This document shows, piece after piece, positions 1 to 8,991 of a stretch of DNA of 64,000 bases. Source of the stretch: an uncultured Christensenella sp. Its GTDB lineage: Bacteria > Bacillota > Clostridia > Christensenellales > CAG-917. Made by a program: the position numbers and the translations under genes. Location: the NCBI GenBank assembly GCA_910578325.1, contig CAJTQT010000003.1:167882-231881 (forward strand). Direction: 5' to 3'. The notes under the pieces were generated by a model. It was not told the origin of the DNA. It made no database searches and saw only the letters and a program-made list of their open reading frames with translations. The number at the start of each line of letters is the position of its first letter. Position 1 is the stretch's first letter.

Positions 1-3000
1 ATACTTTCATAATCATAATATGAACCATTACTGCTATTGGCTTTCATATATCTTTTAGTAGTTACTATACGCTTGTTGACTTTATCATTACTTATTTGTT
101 TGCGCATATATGGCTTTTCTGCCACTGCAACCTCCGTTACATCGCCATAATTATCATATGCGTATTCTATTTCTGTACCGTTATGACTAAGTTTAGTGAG
201 TAAACCTAAGGTGTATTCCATTACGTTTGCATTTTGCTGCCCGTCAACACTTGCAGATACACTCAGTAAAGTGTCGTCGTTATGGTCATAGCCATATGCA
301 ACCTGCTCCCCGTTCTTATCAGTAGACACACTTACAATATCTGTATTTGGAATATTCGTATAGTCACATACCTTTTCGCCAAACTCATTTACAGCTCCGA
401 TTTCAGTACCCTTGTCATCTAATATGCTTTCCTCATAATATTTGCTTGAAGGCTCGTCTTGATTATATGTTATATTCTTTAATACAATGCCTTTATCATT
501 ATATTCAGTCTCATTAACTATACCATTATAATCTACGGTGCGAATAAGCGCTCCTATTGCATTATAGTCATATGTAGTTATATATTCTTTGCTGGAATCA
601 TCTCTTCTCAATATAACTTTGACAAGTTTCTTATCGTCATCATATTCATATTCGGTGAAATACTTAGATTTACTATTTTCTTCGTAAGTTTTTGCGCCAT
701 CAGAATTGTATTCGCTATAATTCCACTCTCCTTCCTTTAATTGCATATTTTTTATCTGTGCAAAATTCGTATTTAATGAATAATCCATATATACAAATAA
801 ACTCTCCAATATATACGATTTATTTTCACTCAAAACAATAGGCACTGAACAGTACTGCCAGTCTTGTTGTTGCCAATCAAAACTTGCATAAACATTATCA
901 GTAACAGATACATTATTTTTAGTATCTCTATATGTGATTACTGCGCCGATTTCAAATCTCCTTCCTCTTTGTGTACTATCGGCAAATTGTAAAAATTCTT
1001 TTTCTAACTCATCATAAGTTTCATCACTGCCGATCCTATCTCCAAAACAAGTGCATCTTCTTCTTGCATATGCCGAATCAGCCATTGCCCATGCTGATAA
1101 AACAAAATCCTTTTTGCCACTGTTAATAATTTTCGTCACATCAACATTTTTTCCGATCCTTTCATCTGTTGGATTAATTATTACAGTATTAGAACTCTCC
1201 GCTTCAAACGAAGAAAGTGTTTCCCCGTCAATACCGTCCACATCTCCCATATTGAAGTTATTCCCTAAATAGTTTTCCGCAACGATTTCATGTTCGCATA
1301 CAGAGTCACCATTTCTATTAATGAAGCAAGTATTTTGCAAATAATCTTCTCCGTATATTTTTGGAGTTGATGAATAAGCAATTTTTCCATTTGAATAATC
1401 AAATGATTTTGCTAAACATCCATCTAATCCATTTTTCTTCTCATAAATGGTGATCGGTCTGCAATCATTATCAAATAAGTAAACTATCTCCTTCCCGTTC
1501 TCTTCCGTAATAGTTGTACGGCGACAATCATTGTAAGCTATATTTATTTCTGATTTTTTAACTAGTCCTGTAAAATTTTTCTTGCTATTATGTCTTATTT
1601 TCCTTTGTTTTGCAATTTCGGCAACACTGTTTATCCTATTATTAGAATATGAAAGTTGAATACCTAAACCATTGGGAGCAACCATTTCTTTTAATAGTTC
1701 ATCATCATATGTATAAGTAGATTCTGTTTCATCATTATAAATAACTTTCGTTAATCTTTCATTTGTGTCATAAACATATTGTGTTTCTCGTCCCCTACCA
1801 TCAGTAATAGAAATAAGCATACCATTGTTAGAGTCATACTTTAAACCTAATTCATTTTTATCTCCGACTATTCTTTCTATTTGATTCTCATCATTAAATT
1901 CAAAATATATTGCATTTTCCCATTTATCAGCGATCATTACCAATCGATAGACCTCTCCTATTGGATAATCTGTATTTTCATTATTCAAAAACATATCTGT
2001 TTTGTTAGGTAAATCGATTCTATTTTGTATCGCAAAATAGTTATCATTGACTTCTGTGTCTAAACGAGAAAAACCAAATGTTGTACCCTCCTCATTACTT
2101 ATATAATGTACAGGCACTCGTCGTTGTAGTTTTTTTAATTCATTTTTTGATTTTACTACTTCATCTTCATATTCATGTATTAATTTTTCACATGACTTGC
2201 AATCTCTATAAACTTGGTTAATATCCAAATCGAGTTGACTTATTTGAATTTCGCTTAATGACATATTGGTATGCAAATCATTTGTTTCAAAAAACAGTTT
2301 ATAGCCCAAATCTTCAAATAAATAATTCGCATCCGCTACACTTAAATCTAACGATTCTCTAATCAACTGTTCTAATTTGGATTGTGAACATTTATTGGTT
2401 AATTCATCAGACTTAACAGACAATTGATTTTGATAATCTTTTAAACTGTCTGTCACAGGTTCATCTGGATTTGCATTTTCAGATACACCCCATGTTGCCT
2501 TATCCTGTTCATTTTGAATATACATACTCACGGCAGAACTTTTAATACTAGTTGAAGAAAGTAGTGTACCTTCACTCTCGCTATTAATATCTAAATAAAT
2601 TGTATTAGGATCTTCTTCCGGATTATTTCCACACTGAAAATCGTCTGCTGTTGAAATTTTTACATTGATATCTGGGTTTTTGATAATGTCACCAACTCTA
2701 TTATAAACCGTATCAAAAGCATCTTTATTAATTGCGTCTTTAATAGTCGAATCATTATTATTTGAGTTTGTATCATCAGTATTTTTAATCAAATTTATAA
2801 ATTCACCATATTTTTCTAATTTCTTTATGGCTTGTTGAGCATCGTATAATTCTTTTTCTAAATTAGCTCTTTTCTTTGAATCTTTTGAACTTAATTTTTG
2901 TATTTGATTTTGAATATCTAACGATTTTTTACTCAATGCAAACAAGCAGATCTTTTGCTTATTAATTGCAATATTATATTTTAAATCATCTATATTGCCG

Positions 3001-3935
3001 TTCAATTGCTTAATATTCTCTTTCACCTGAACAATTTCGTCAATTTCTGTTTGAATATACTTAATTCCTTTAAAGCCTTCTAATTGGGTAACTAATGTCA
3101 TACCAGAAGATGTGACAAGTTCTTTTTCCACTTTATATTTTCTATTACCTACAAAATATAGATTTTCATTTTCGTCTATATTGACTTCGCTATAATTTAA
3201 ATAATGTTTAACCTTATTATTATCTAAATAATAATATTTTTCTTTGAATATATGTTTATTACCTTTGCCATCTAAAAATGTGAAAATTTTAGAAATCTTG
3301 TCAGCGTCTATTGCTGGAATACTTTCTCTTATGAGATATTGTTGCATGTTCAATTTCCAATTTTTCCCAAATCCAGCAGTCAATCTATTTTCTGAAATAG
3401 TATGAGTTCTATCCATAAATGGATCATAAATATGCGAAAGACCTACTGATAAAGAACCTGACCTTATAGAGGCATCCAAATGCGTAAATTTTAAATCTCC
3501 TGTTGCTAAATTAATACGCCCTTGCCCTGCTCTACCTGCATCAATCTCTTTATAGGCATTGTTTTCCAATAAAAGATTTTTTGGAATATAATCTATAATT
3601 ACTGCGCTTCTTAGCTTATTAAAAGTAATTATATTAATATCGTCCTTGCTAAAAGTAAGGTTTAGAATTTCATCATTATTTATCGCATCTGTTAATTCTT
3701 CAGTAATATTAATGCATATATACCGTTGGGCAATAGTAGGAGTGATATAATCTATAATTTTGTCCTTACAGCTCACTGTACCATTATATGAATTATTCAT
3801 ATTTTGAACATATAATTTAATTACAGCGTTTTTTATTTTGTTATCATTTGTCAATGAAGATTTATATGACACTTTGAAAAAATCAGAAGTGGCACTAAAT
3901 CTAAGATTATTACTCCCATCAATTTTTTTAAACAT
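1..3935 (-). CDS. RHS/YD-repeat polymorphic-toxin-type protein, N-terminal >=1311 aa (3' end runs off the window)
   Basis: My own translation of the minus strand from ATG 3935-3933 (ccaaAGGAGcaaattATG) stays open to position 3. It is missing from the ORF track only because no stop lies in the window. Rhs shell-start motif INLATGDLKFTHLDASIRSGSLSVGLSHIYD...GFGKNWKLN. Many YD units: YVYDTNERLTKVIYND, YTYDDELLKEMV, YEYDDDKKLVKVI, TYDYNAIGALIRTVDYNG, AYGYDHNDDTLLSV, EYAYDNYGDVTEV. Confidence 0.85.
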   Translation of the reverse strand, partial: MFKKIDGSNNLRFSATSDFFKVSYKSSLTNDNKIKNAVIKLYVQNMNNSYNGTVSCKDKIIDYITPTIAQRYICINITEELTDAINNDEILNLTFSKDDINIITFNKLRSAVIIDYIPKNLLLENNAYKEIDAGRAGQGRINLATGDLKFTHLDASIRSGSLSVGLSHIYDPFMDRTHTISENRLTAGFGKNWKLNMQQYLIRESIPAIDADKISKIFTFLDGKGNKHIFKEKYYYLDNNKVKHYLNYSEVNIDENENLYFVGNRKYKVEKELVTSSGMTLVTQLEGFKGIKYIQTEIDEIVQVKENIKQLNGNIDDLKYNIAINKQKICLFALSKKSLDIQNQIQKLSSKDSKKRANLEKELYDAQQAIKKLEKYGEFINLIKNTDDTNSNNNDSTIKDAINKDAFDTVYNRVGDIIKNPDINVKISTADDFQCGNNPEEDPNTIYLDINSESEGTLLSSTSIKSSAVSMYIQNEQDKATWGVSENANPDEPVTDSLKDYQNQLSVKSDELTNKCSQSKLEQLIRESLDLSVADANYLFEDLGYKLFFETNDLHTNMSLSEIQISQLDLDINQVYRDCKSCEKLIHEYEDEVVKSKNELKKLQRRVPVHYISNEEGTTFGFSRLDTEVNDNYFAIQNRIDLPNKTDMFLNNENTDYPIGEVYRLVMIADKWENAIYFEFNDENQIERIVGDKNELGLKYDSNNGMLISITDGRGRETQYVYDTNERLTKVIYNDETESTYTYDDELLKEMVAPNGLGIQLSYSNNRINSVAEIAKQRKIRHNSKKNFTGLVKKSEINIAYNDCRRTTITEENGKEIVYLFDNDCRPITIYEKKNGLDGCLAKSFDYSNGKIAYSSTPKIYGEDYLQNTCFINRNGDSVCEHEIVAENYLGNNFNMGDVDGIDGETLSSFEAESSNTVIINPTDERIGKNVDVTKIINSGKKDFVLSAWAMADSAYARRRCTCFGDRIGSDETYDELEKEFLQFADSTQRGRRFEIGAVITYRDTKNNVSVTDNVYASFDWQQQDWQYCSVPIVLSENKSYILESLFVYMDYSLNTNFAQIKNMQLKEGEWNYSEYNSDGAKTYEENSKSKYFTEYEYDDDKKLVKVILRRDDSSKEYITTYDYNAIGALIRTVDYNGIVNETEYNDKGIVLKNITYNQDEPSSKYYEESILDDKGTEIGAVNEFGEKVCDYTNIPNTDIVSVSTDKNGEQVAYGYDHNDDTLLSVSASVDGQQNANVMEYTLGLLTKLSHNGTEIEYAYDNYGDVTEVAVAEKPYMRKQISNDKVNKRIVTTKRYMKANSSNGSYYDYES

Positions 3936-4024
3936 AATTTGCTCCTTTGGTAAAAGTTTATATTTTATATTCTAAACGGATATTTTTCTAATGCCTTCTA
4001 ATTTTTGCTAATTTACACTAATCT

Positions 4025-4456
4025 TTACGCTTGTTCGTCTGCCAAATATAAATCAATGAACTTTTCGAGAGCTATTGTATGCAACTGATAAATTCTTTTT
4101 GAAGAATAATGCATCTTATCTGCAATTTGGTCATAGGTATAAAACCTTATATATTTGAGATAAATTATGTTTCTATAAGGCTGTTCTAATTTTTTGATAA
4201 TCGTTTCAATTTTTTGTTTTTTATTTAGGATTTCTATTAGCGATTCTTCTTCGCGCATTTCTCTTTCAACAACATTATTTAATTGCACTCCTACCGCATC
4301 TGCTTCATTCGGTGTATGTTCACTAAGTGATTTTATTCTTAATATTGAATTTTCAATATCGGTTTTATATTTTTCTCTTTCTTTTGACTTTTCTAAAAAA
4401 TAATCAACATCGAGAGCGCAGTTCTCTAATTCTTTTTTAACATCATCTTTGGTCAT
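4025..4456 (-). CDS. Sigma-70 region-4-only HTH protein (phage/ICE late-regulator-like), 143 aa
   Basis: Track ORF is 4025..4492; I prefer ATG 4456 (GAGGAA ~6 nt upstream). The C-terminus LEQPYRNIIYLKYIRFYTYDQIADKMHYSSKRIYQLHTIALEKF looks like a sigma region 4.2 HTH. The N-terminal half is charged and coiled-coil-like, with no region 2. Confidence 0.55.
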   Translation of the reverse strand: MTKDDVKKELENCALDVDYFLEKSKEREKYKTDIENSILRIKSLSEHTPNEADAVGVQLNNVVEREMREEESLIEILNKKQKIETIIKKLEQPYRNIIYLKYIRFYTYDQIADKMHYSSKRIYQLHTIALEKFIDLYLADEQA

Positions 4457-4522
4457 AGTTTTTCCTCTTCGAAATTTTGCTTTTATATACATAACGAAAT
4501 TAAAAATGCTTTTGTTCCAAAA

Positions 4523-4556
4523 ATTGTAAAAAAAATGAACCGACTAAATGTCGGTT
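4523..4556 (-). terminator. Rho-independent terminator after the anti-sigma-like gene
   Basis: Perfect 8-bp stem gaaccgac/gtcggttc (4536-4543 / 4549-4556), followed on the minus strand by a T-run (plus-strand aaaaaaaa 4524-4531). Confidence 0.7.
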
Positions 4557-4577
4557 CTAAATTTGACTATTAATTAT

Positions 4578-5246
4578 TTAATAAATCCTATCTAACAAAT
4601 CACAAATACTTAATTCTTCATATGTAATAACACTTATATAATAATTATATTGTCCATAACTTAAAAATATATAATTATTATATTGGAAATCAATTACACT
4701 ACTTACAGTTTCAAAATTTACATTGCAATTACGCCATACATATGAATTTAATAAATCATCATAATGATATAATAAATTATACTTGTATTCTTTCTTTAAC
4801 AATATAGTTGTTATATTTTCTATATACTCATCATAAACATCAATGACTTGCTCCGCTCCTATAGCCTTATTATTCTCTTTTAAAAGCCACAATGAAGTTT
4901 CGCTATATACAGATTCTATAGATGGTATCAATAAAGATTGACAATTATCCAATTGGTCTATACTGCTATCATCGGAATCTATTATGTCATTACTTGTAAT
5001 TTGATAAATTATTGGTCCCGTTGGCACATTTTGATTAATAGCAAGTGGCACTGTAACTGTTATTACTAATACAATTGCCACTATTGTAGCAACCATAAAC
5101 CAAAGTCGGTTCTTGTTAAATTTACTTTTATTATTATGCGGATGTTGAATTTCAGCTTCCTTCAATTTTTTTAGGTCATCCTTTGCTGAACTCTTAGTAG
5201 TTTCAACATACTGTTGCATAATTTCATCGAAATCTTTATCAGTCAT
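4578..5246 (-). CDS. Single-pass membrane protein with anti-sigma-like topology (function unproven)
   Basis: SD AAGGAGAG upstream. ~60 aa charged N-terminus, one TM (LWFMVATIVAIVLVITVTVPLAI), ~150 aa outside domain. Same operon as the sigma factor. No zinc-binding HxxxCxxC anti-sigma motif seen. Confidence 0.45.
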   Translation of the reverse strand: MTDKDFDEIMQQYVETTKSSAKDDLKKLKEAEIQHPHNNKSKFNKNRLWFMVATIVAIVLVITVTVPLAINQNVPTGPIIYQITSNDIIDSDDSSIDQLDNCQSLLIPSIESVYSETSLWLLKENNKAIGAEQVIDVYDEYIENITTILLKKEYKYNLLYHYDDLLNSYVWRNCNVNFETVSSVIDFQYNNYIFLSYGQYNYYISVITYEELSICDLLDRIY

Positions 5247-5254
5247 ATCTCTCC

Positions 5255-6145
5255 TTAATATACATTGACTGCTTCTGCATCATCCATAACCCCATTATTA
5301 TCTAAAAGATAATAAAAAACCACACCTGTACTAACAACCATACGAATACCCGATGCAACCTCTATATACACTTTTGAGTTTATTATAGCTCCATCATTAT
5401 TATAATAGTCTACTATTTGATACCCATATGCTATAGCAATGTGTGTATCATTATCATAGATACTCTTATTTAAGATGTCAACATTCTCATGATAGTTAAC
5501 TGATGTTAGATTAAATCCACTTAAATATAATACCACGGGATGTCCCATTTGTATTTGAGTAATAAACTTATCTATATCAAATTTTTTATTGCTAAAGACA
5601 TTGTTATATGTAATACTTTTTCCTTTCTCATTTATATATTGCGTTAGCCCTTGCTTAAACATCGCTTGTGTAGTTCCATTATAATCTAATCCCGTCCGCA
5701 TATATGAATAAAGCGTATTAATTACTGCTTGCTTTTTACTTTGGTTCATTCGCATTGGATAATACACATATTGATTCTTTACAATTCTTCCCGAAGTATA
5801 ATCAGGAATAAAATCGTCATAAAAACGATCGTAATAATTTATAATATTAGCACCGGCAACATTAGCACATGCATTTTCTAAATTATTATCTGTATTATAA
5901 CAGTCTGGAAATGTAACATTAACTCTGTCATATTTTCTTATATTTTTGGTAGCATATTCTATTCTTTCCGTTTCCGACTTGCCTATGGTTGTTTCAGAAT
6001 ACGCTATACTTCCATAGTATTTTTCACTTGGCTCATATGCGAAAGCACAATTAGTAACTTCTTTAATAGAAACTAATGTCAATATACAAACAATAAAATA
6101 TGTAACTGCTATTATTCTTATAAAACTAAATTTTTTCTTTGTCAT
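5255..6145 (-). CDS. Secreted papain-fold / C39-like cysteine-peptidase-like protein
   Basis: SD AGGAGA. N-terminal signal/anchor KKKFSFIRIIAVTYFIVCILTLVSI...CAFA. Candidate catalytic Cys in NACANVAGANIINYY and candidate His in DTHIAIAYGY (papain-like H-x-aromatic context). Assigned from motif memory only. Confidence 0.4.
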   Translation of the reverse strand: MTKKKFSFIRIIAVTYFIVCILTLVSIKEVTNCAFAYEPSEKYYGSIAYSETTIGKSETERIEYATKNIRKYDRVNVTFPDCYNTDNNLENACANVAGANIINYYDRFYDDFIPDYTSGRIVKNQYVYYPMRMNQSKKQAVINTLYSYMRTGLDYNGTTQAMFKQGLTQYINEKGKSITYNNVFSNKKFDIDKFITQIQMGHPVVLYLSGFNLTSVNYHENVDILNKSIYDNDTHIAIAYGYQIVDYYNNDGAIINSKVYIEVASGIRMVVSTGVVFYYLLDNNGVMDDAEAVNVY

Positions 6146-6157
6146 TTTCTTCTCCTA

Positions 6158-6700
6158 TTATTCAAGATGTTCTTTAAGTATCATTATAGCATTCTGTTTT
6201 TGCCTACATACTTCAGTTGATGACATTTTCAGTTCTTTAGCTATTTCTCTAATAGTACATTTTTCAAAATATACCGCCTGTATTATTATAGCTTGCAATT
6301 TAGTTAATCTTTTAAATGCTTGTTCCATCATTAAGTGTAATTCAATCCTCTCTATACTTAAATTTTGATAATTCGTTAAACTCCCGTAATCAACATAATC
6401 GATATATACTTCTTGATGCTTATGTAATTTCCTATATCTGTCAATAGCCTTATTTCTAATGACTTTACATAAATATCCATAAGCATTTTTATTAAAGCGA
6501 TATAATTTTAAAATTTTATAAATCTCTGCCCAAAAATCTTGCACTAAGTCTTCCGCATCTAATTTATCATGTAAATATTTATAAGCAATATGTCTAATAG
6601 GAACAGAAATTAAGCTATGTAGTTCATTTATTAAATTATATTCACCTAAATTTATTTGCTTAACGAGTTTTTCAATTTTATCTCTTTCTTCTCCTTCCAT
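6158..6700 (-). CDS. Sigma-70 family RNA polymerase sigma factor, ECF-like (regions 2 and 4 only), 180 aa
   Basis: Region-2-like DAEDLVQDFWAEIYKILKLYRFNKNAYGYLCKVIRNKAIDRYRK. Region-4 HTH LQAIIIQAVYFEKCTIREIAKELKMSSTEVCRQKQNAIMILKEHL. Confidence 0.75.
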   Translation of the reverse strand: MEGEERDKIEKLVKQINLGEYNLINELHSLISVPIRHIAYKYLHDKLDAEDLVQDFWAEIYKILKLYRFNKNAYGYLCKVIRNKAIDRYRKLHKHQEVYIDYVDYGSLTNYQNLSIERIELHLMMEQAFKRLTKLQAIIIQAVYFEKCTIREIAKELKMSSTEVCRQKQNAIMILKEHLE

Positions 6701-6721
6701 TTAAGATTTAATATCCTTAGT

Positions 6722-7063
6722 TTATTCTATATTTTTATCTATTAATAATCTTTCTATAAATAAATTAATCATTTCTAAATCATCCTCTGATAATTCTAAA
6801 AGTTTATTTGCAATCTCAGTTTGTTTTACTGACATTTCTTCAGATTTATTTTCTGAAAAGAAAACAGCTAATGAAACACCCAAATAATCACAAATTTTTT
6901 CAATAGAACGTAGAGATGGTCTACATGCCGCATCTCGTTTTGGATTCTTTTTCCACTGATAAATCGTTGATGATATATTTGTATTTTCTCTTAACTTATA
7001 ATACGTGATACCTTTTTCCGACATCAACTGCTCAATTCTGGCAATAACAATTTTTTTATCCAT
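6722..7063 (-). CDS. XRE-family helix-turn-helix transcriptional regulator
   Basis: Track ORF is 6722..7090; I prefer ATG 7063 (GAGGT upstream). HTH MSEKGITYYKLRENTNISSTIYQWKK...SLRSIEKICDYLGVSLAVFF. Confidence 0.8.
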   Translation of the reverse strand: MDKKIVIARIEQLMSEKGITYYKLRENTNISSTIYQWKKNPKRDAACRPSLRSIEKICDYLGVSLAVFFSENKSEEMSVKQTEIANKLLELSEDDLEMINLFIERLLIDKNIE

Positions 7064-7187
7064 ATCAACCTCGATGTAATATACAACCATTTTAAAGTAG
7101 TTATTTCACCTTTATAAAGTGACTACTACATCATAAATAAGTTGATTTTTCAACTCAAATTATAAAATCCTAATAACAGAATAACTA

Positions 7188-8102
7188 TTATAACTCTTTT
7201 AATCCTTTCCAAACTGGCTGACGCATTCCCCCACTCTCTGTTTCGTGCATAAAGTGTGCAGTCCCTATAAGCTCAGGCTTTATCCACACTGCGTTTTTGT
7301 ATTTGTCAAACCAAGGATTTCTAACCGTATTCTTTTTAGCAAACTCATAAATAATTCTGCGTTCTTCTTCGGATATTCCTAGATATACTTTACCTCTACA
7401 TTGCAATACGCCGTTCTCGTCATAGTATCCAAGTATTAAATCTTTAACTTTCCCATTATTATCAGGTTGATATCCGCATATCAATAAATCCTCATCTTGC
7501 ATTACCTTTATCTTGATCCATTCTATTGAGCGCTTCCCTATATGGTATAATCCGTCTTTTCTCTTTGCTACGATACCCTCTAACTCTTGTGCCTTTGCGA
7601 GTTCAAAAAATGCAATGCCATTCTTTTCTATATATCTTGAAATACCTAAGTTATGCCCTTCCGCAACTGCATTTGCAAGTGCAGATTTGCGTTCCATTTG
7701 AGTTTTGTCTGTTAAATCTTTTCCGTCTAAATATAAAATATCATAAGCTACAAACTGAACGGGATTGGCTTTTGCCGCCAAACTTATCTTAAACTTATCC
7801 CCCATAAGACTGCGTTTTTGTAAGGCATAGAAATCGGGCTTACCGTCTGTTAGTACGACAAGCTCACCGTCGAGTATAACTCGCTTTTTAACGCATTTGC
7901 ACATATCGGATAATTCGGGGTAAATATCCGTAACGTCTTTATATCTCTTATTTTGCAATGTAATCGAATTGCAGTCCAAATAAGCAATGCACCGTATGCC
8001 GTCTAATTTCAATTCATAGATATAATCATCGTCATCAAACGGCTCGTGTTCTTCATACAAAAGCATTGGCGATATATTCTTTTCTTCAAATAAATCTACC
8101 AT
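7188..8102 (-). CDS. ligD: ATP-dependent DNA ligase, LigD ligase-domain-only (304 aa)
   Basis: Adenylation motif I ELKLDGIR, then LDGELVV, FVAYDILY, EGIVAKRKDGLY, WIKIK. No polymerase or phosphoesterase domain. The start overlaps the Ku stop (TAATG). Confidence 0.9.
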   Translation of the reverse strand: MVDLFEEKNISPMLLYEEHEPFDDDDYIYELKLDGIRCIAYLDCNSITLQNKRYKDVTDIYPELSDMCKCVKKRVILDGELVVLTDGKPDFYALQKRSLMGDKFKISLAAKANPVQFVAYDILYLDGKDLTDKTQMERKSALANAVAEGHNLGISRYIEKNGIAFFELAKAQELEGIVAKRKDGLYHIGKRSIEWIKIKVMQDEDLLICGYQPDNNGKVKDLILGYYDENGVLQCRGKVYLGISEEERRIIYEFAKKNTVRNPWFDKYKNAVWIKPELIGTAHFMHETESGGMRQPVWKGLKEL

Positions 8103-8917
8103 TACGCTTCTTTCTTCTTTGCAGTCTTTCTTACAGGTGCTTTATTAACGATTTTAGATTTCTGCGCAAGTTCAAGGCTCTTTGTCAATGCTTCCATAAG
8201 ATTGGTTATAGAACTACCGCCCTTTTCTTTCGGAGCAACAATTTCCTTACCCGCTATTTTCCTTTCTATAGCTTCTTGAACTTTCTCCCTATACTCATCT
8301 TTATATTCTTCGGGAGTAAACTCTCCGCTCATTCCCTCTATAATCGCCTTTGCTATTTTGAGCTCGGATGCGTTAGGCTTTTCTGTAATGTCCTTTGCTG
8401 GATTTTTAGTAACTTCCTCTGCAAAGAATAATGTATTCAACAATAACTGTCCATCTTTCGCGCGTATCAATATAAGTGTTTCTTTATTGCCCATAACGGT
8501 TTTAGCAATAGCCGCCTTACCTTCTTCTTCCATTGCCGTTAAAAGCACTGCAACCGCTTTCTCTGCGCCCGTAGGCACAATGTAATACGGTTTATCAAAA
8601 TACAACGGGTCAACCTCTGAGAGGCTCACAAACTTTTCTATCGTTATATTCTTATCTTTCTTTGATTTAATCTTTTCAAAATCTTTATCATCAAATATAA
8701 CATACTTGCCTTCCTCGTACTCAAAGCCCTTAACAATATCTTCTTGCTTAACTTCACGCCCGTCACAATCTGCACAGGTCTTTTTATACTTGACACGACT
8801 CATAGTCTTTTTATCTATCATGTTAAAGCCAATGTCATTGTTCTTAATTGTATTATGCAAAGTTATTGGAATGTAAACAAATCCGAAACTTATACTACCT
8901 TTATACGAATAACTCAT
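8102..8917 (-). CDS. ku: Non-homologous end joining protein Ku
   Basis: N-terminus KGSISFGFVYIPITLHN, CADCDGREV, EDIVKGFEYEEGKYVIF, and a lysine-rich C-terminal tail KAPVRKTAKKKEA typical of bacterial Ku. Confidence 0.92.
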   Translation of the reverse strand: MSYSYKGSISFGFVYIPITLHNTIKNNDIGFNMIDKKTMSRVKYKKTCADCDGREVKQEDIVKGFEYEEGKYVIFDDKDFEKIKSKKDKNITIEKFVSLSEVDPLYFDKPYYIVPTGAEKAVAVLLTAMEEEGKAAIAKTVMGNKETLILIRAKDGQLLLNTLFFAEEVTKNPAKDITEKPNASELKIAKAIIEGMSGEFTPEEYKDEYREKVQEAIERKIAGKEIVAPKEKGGSSITNLMEALTKSLELAQKSKIVNKAPVRKTAKKKEA

Positions 8918-8991
8918 ATAAATAGTATTAACAATAACAATAAAAATAGTCCATATAAAAGTATGGCTTTTTAACTACTCACAAAAGATTT

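Noticed and set aside
1051-1272. 73-aa plus-strand ORF, the only track ORF in the first 4 kb
   Set aside because: It sits inside, and antisense to, the continuous RHS reading frame. It is low-complexity and has no RBS.
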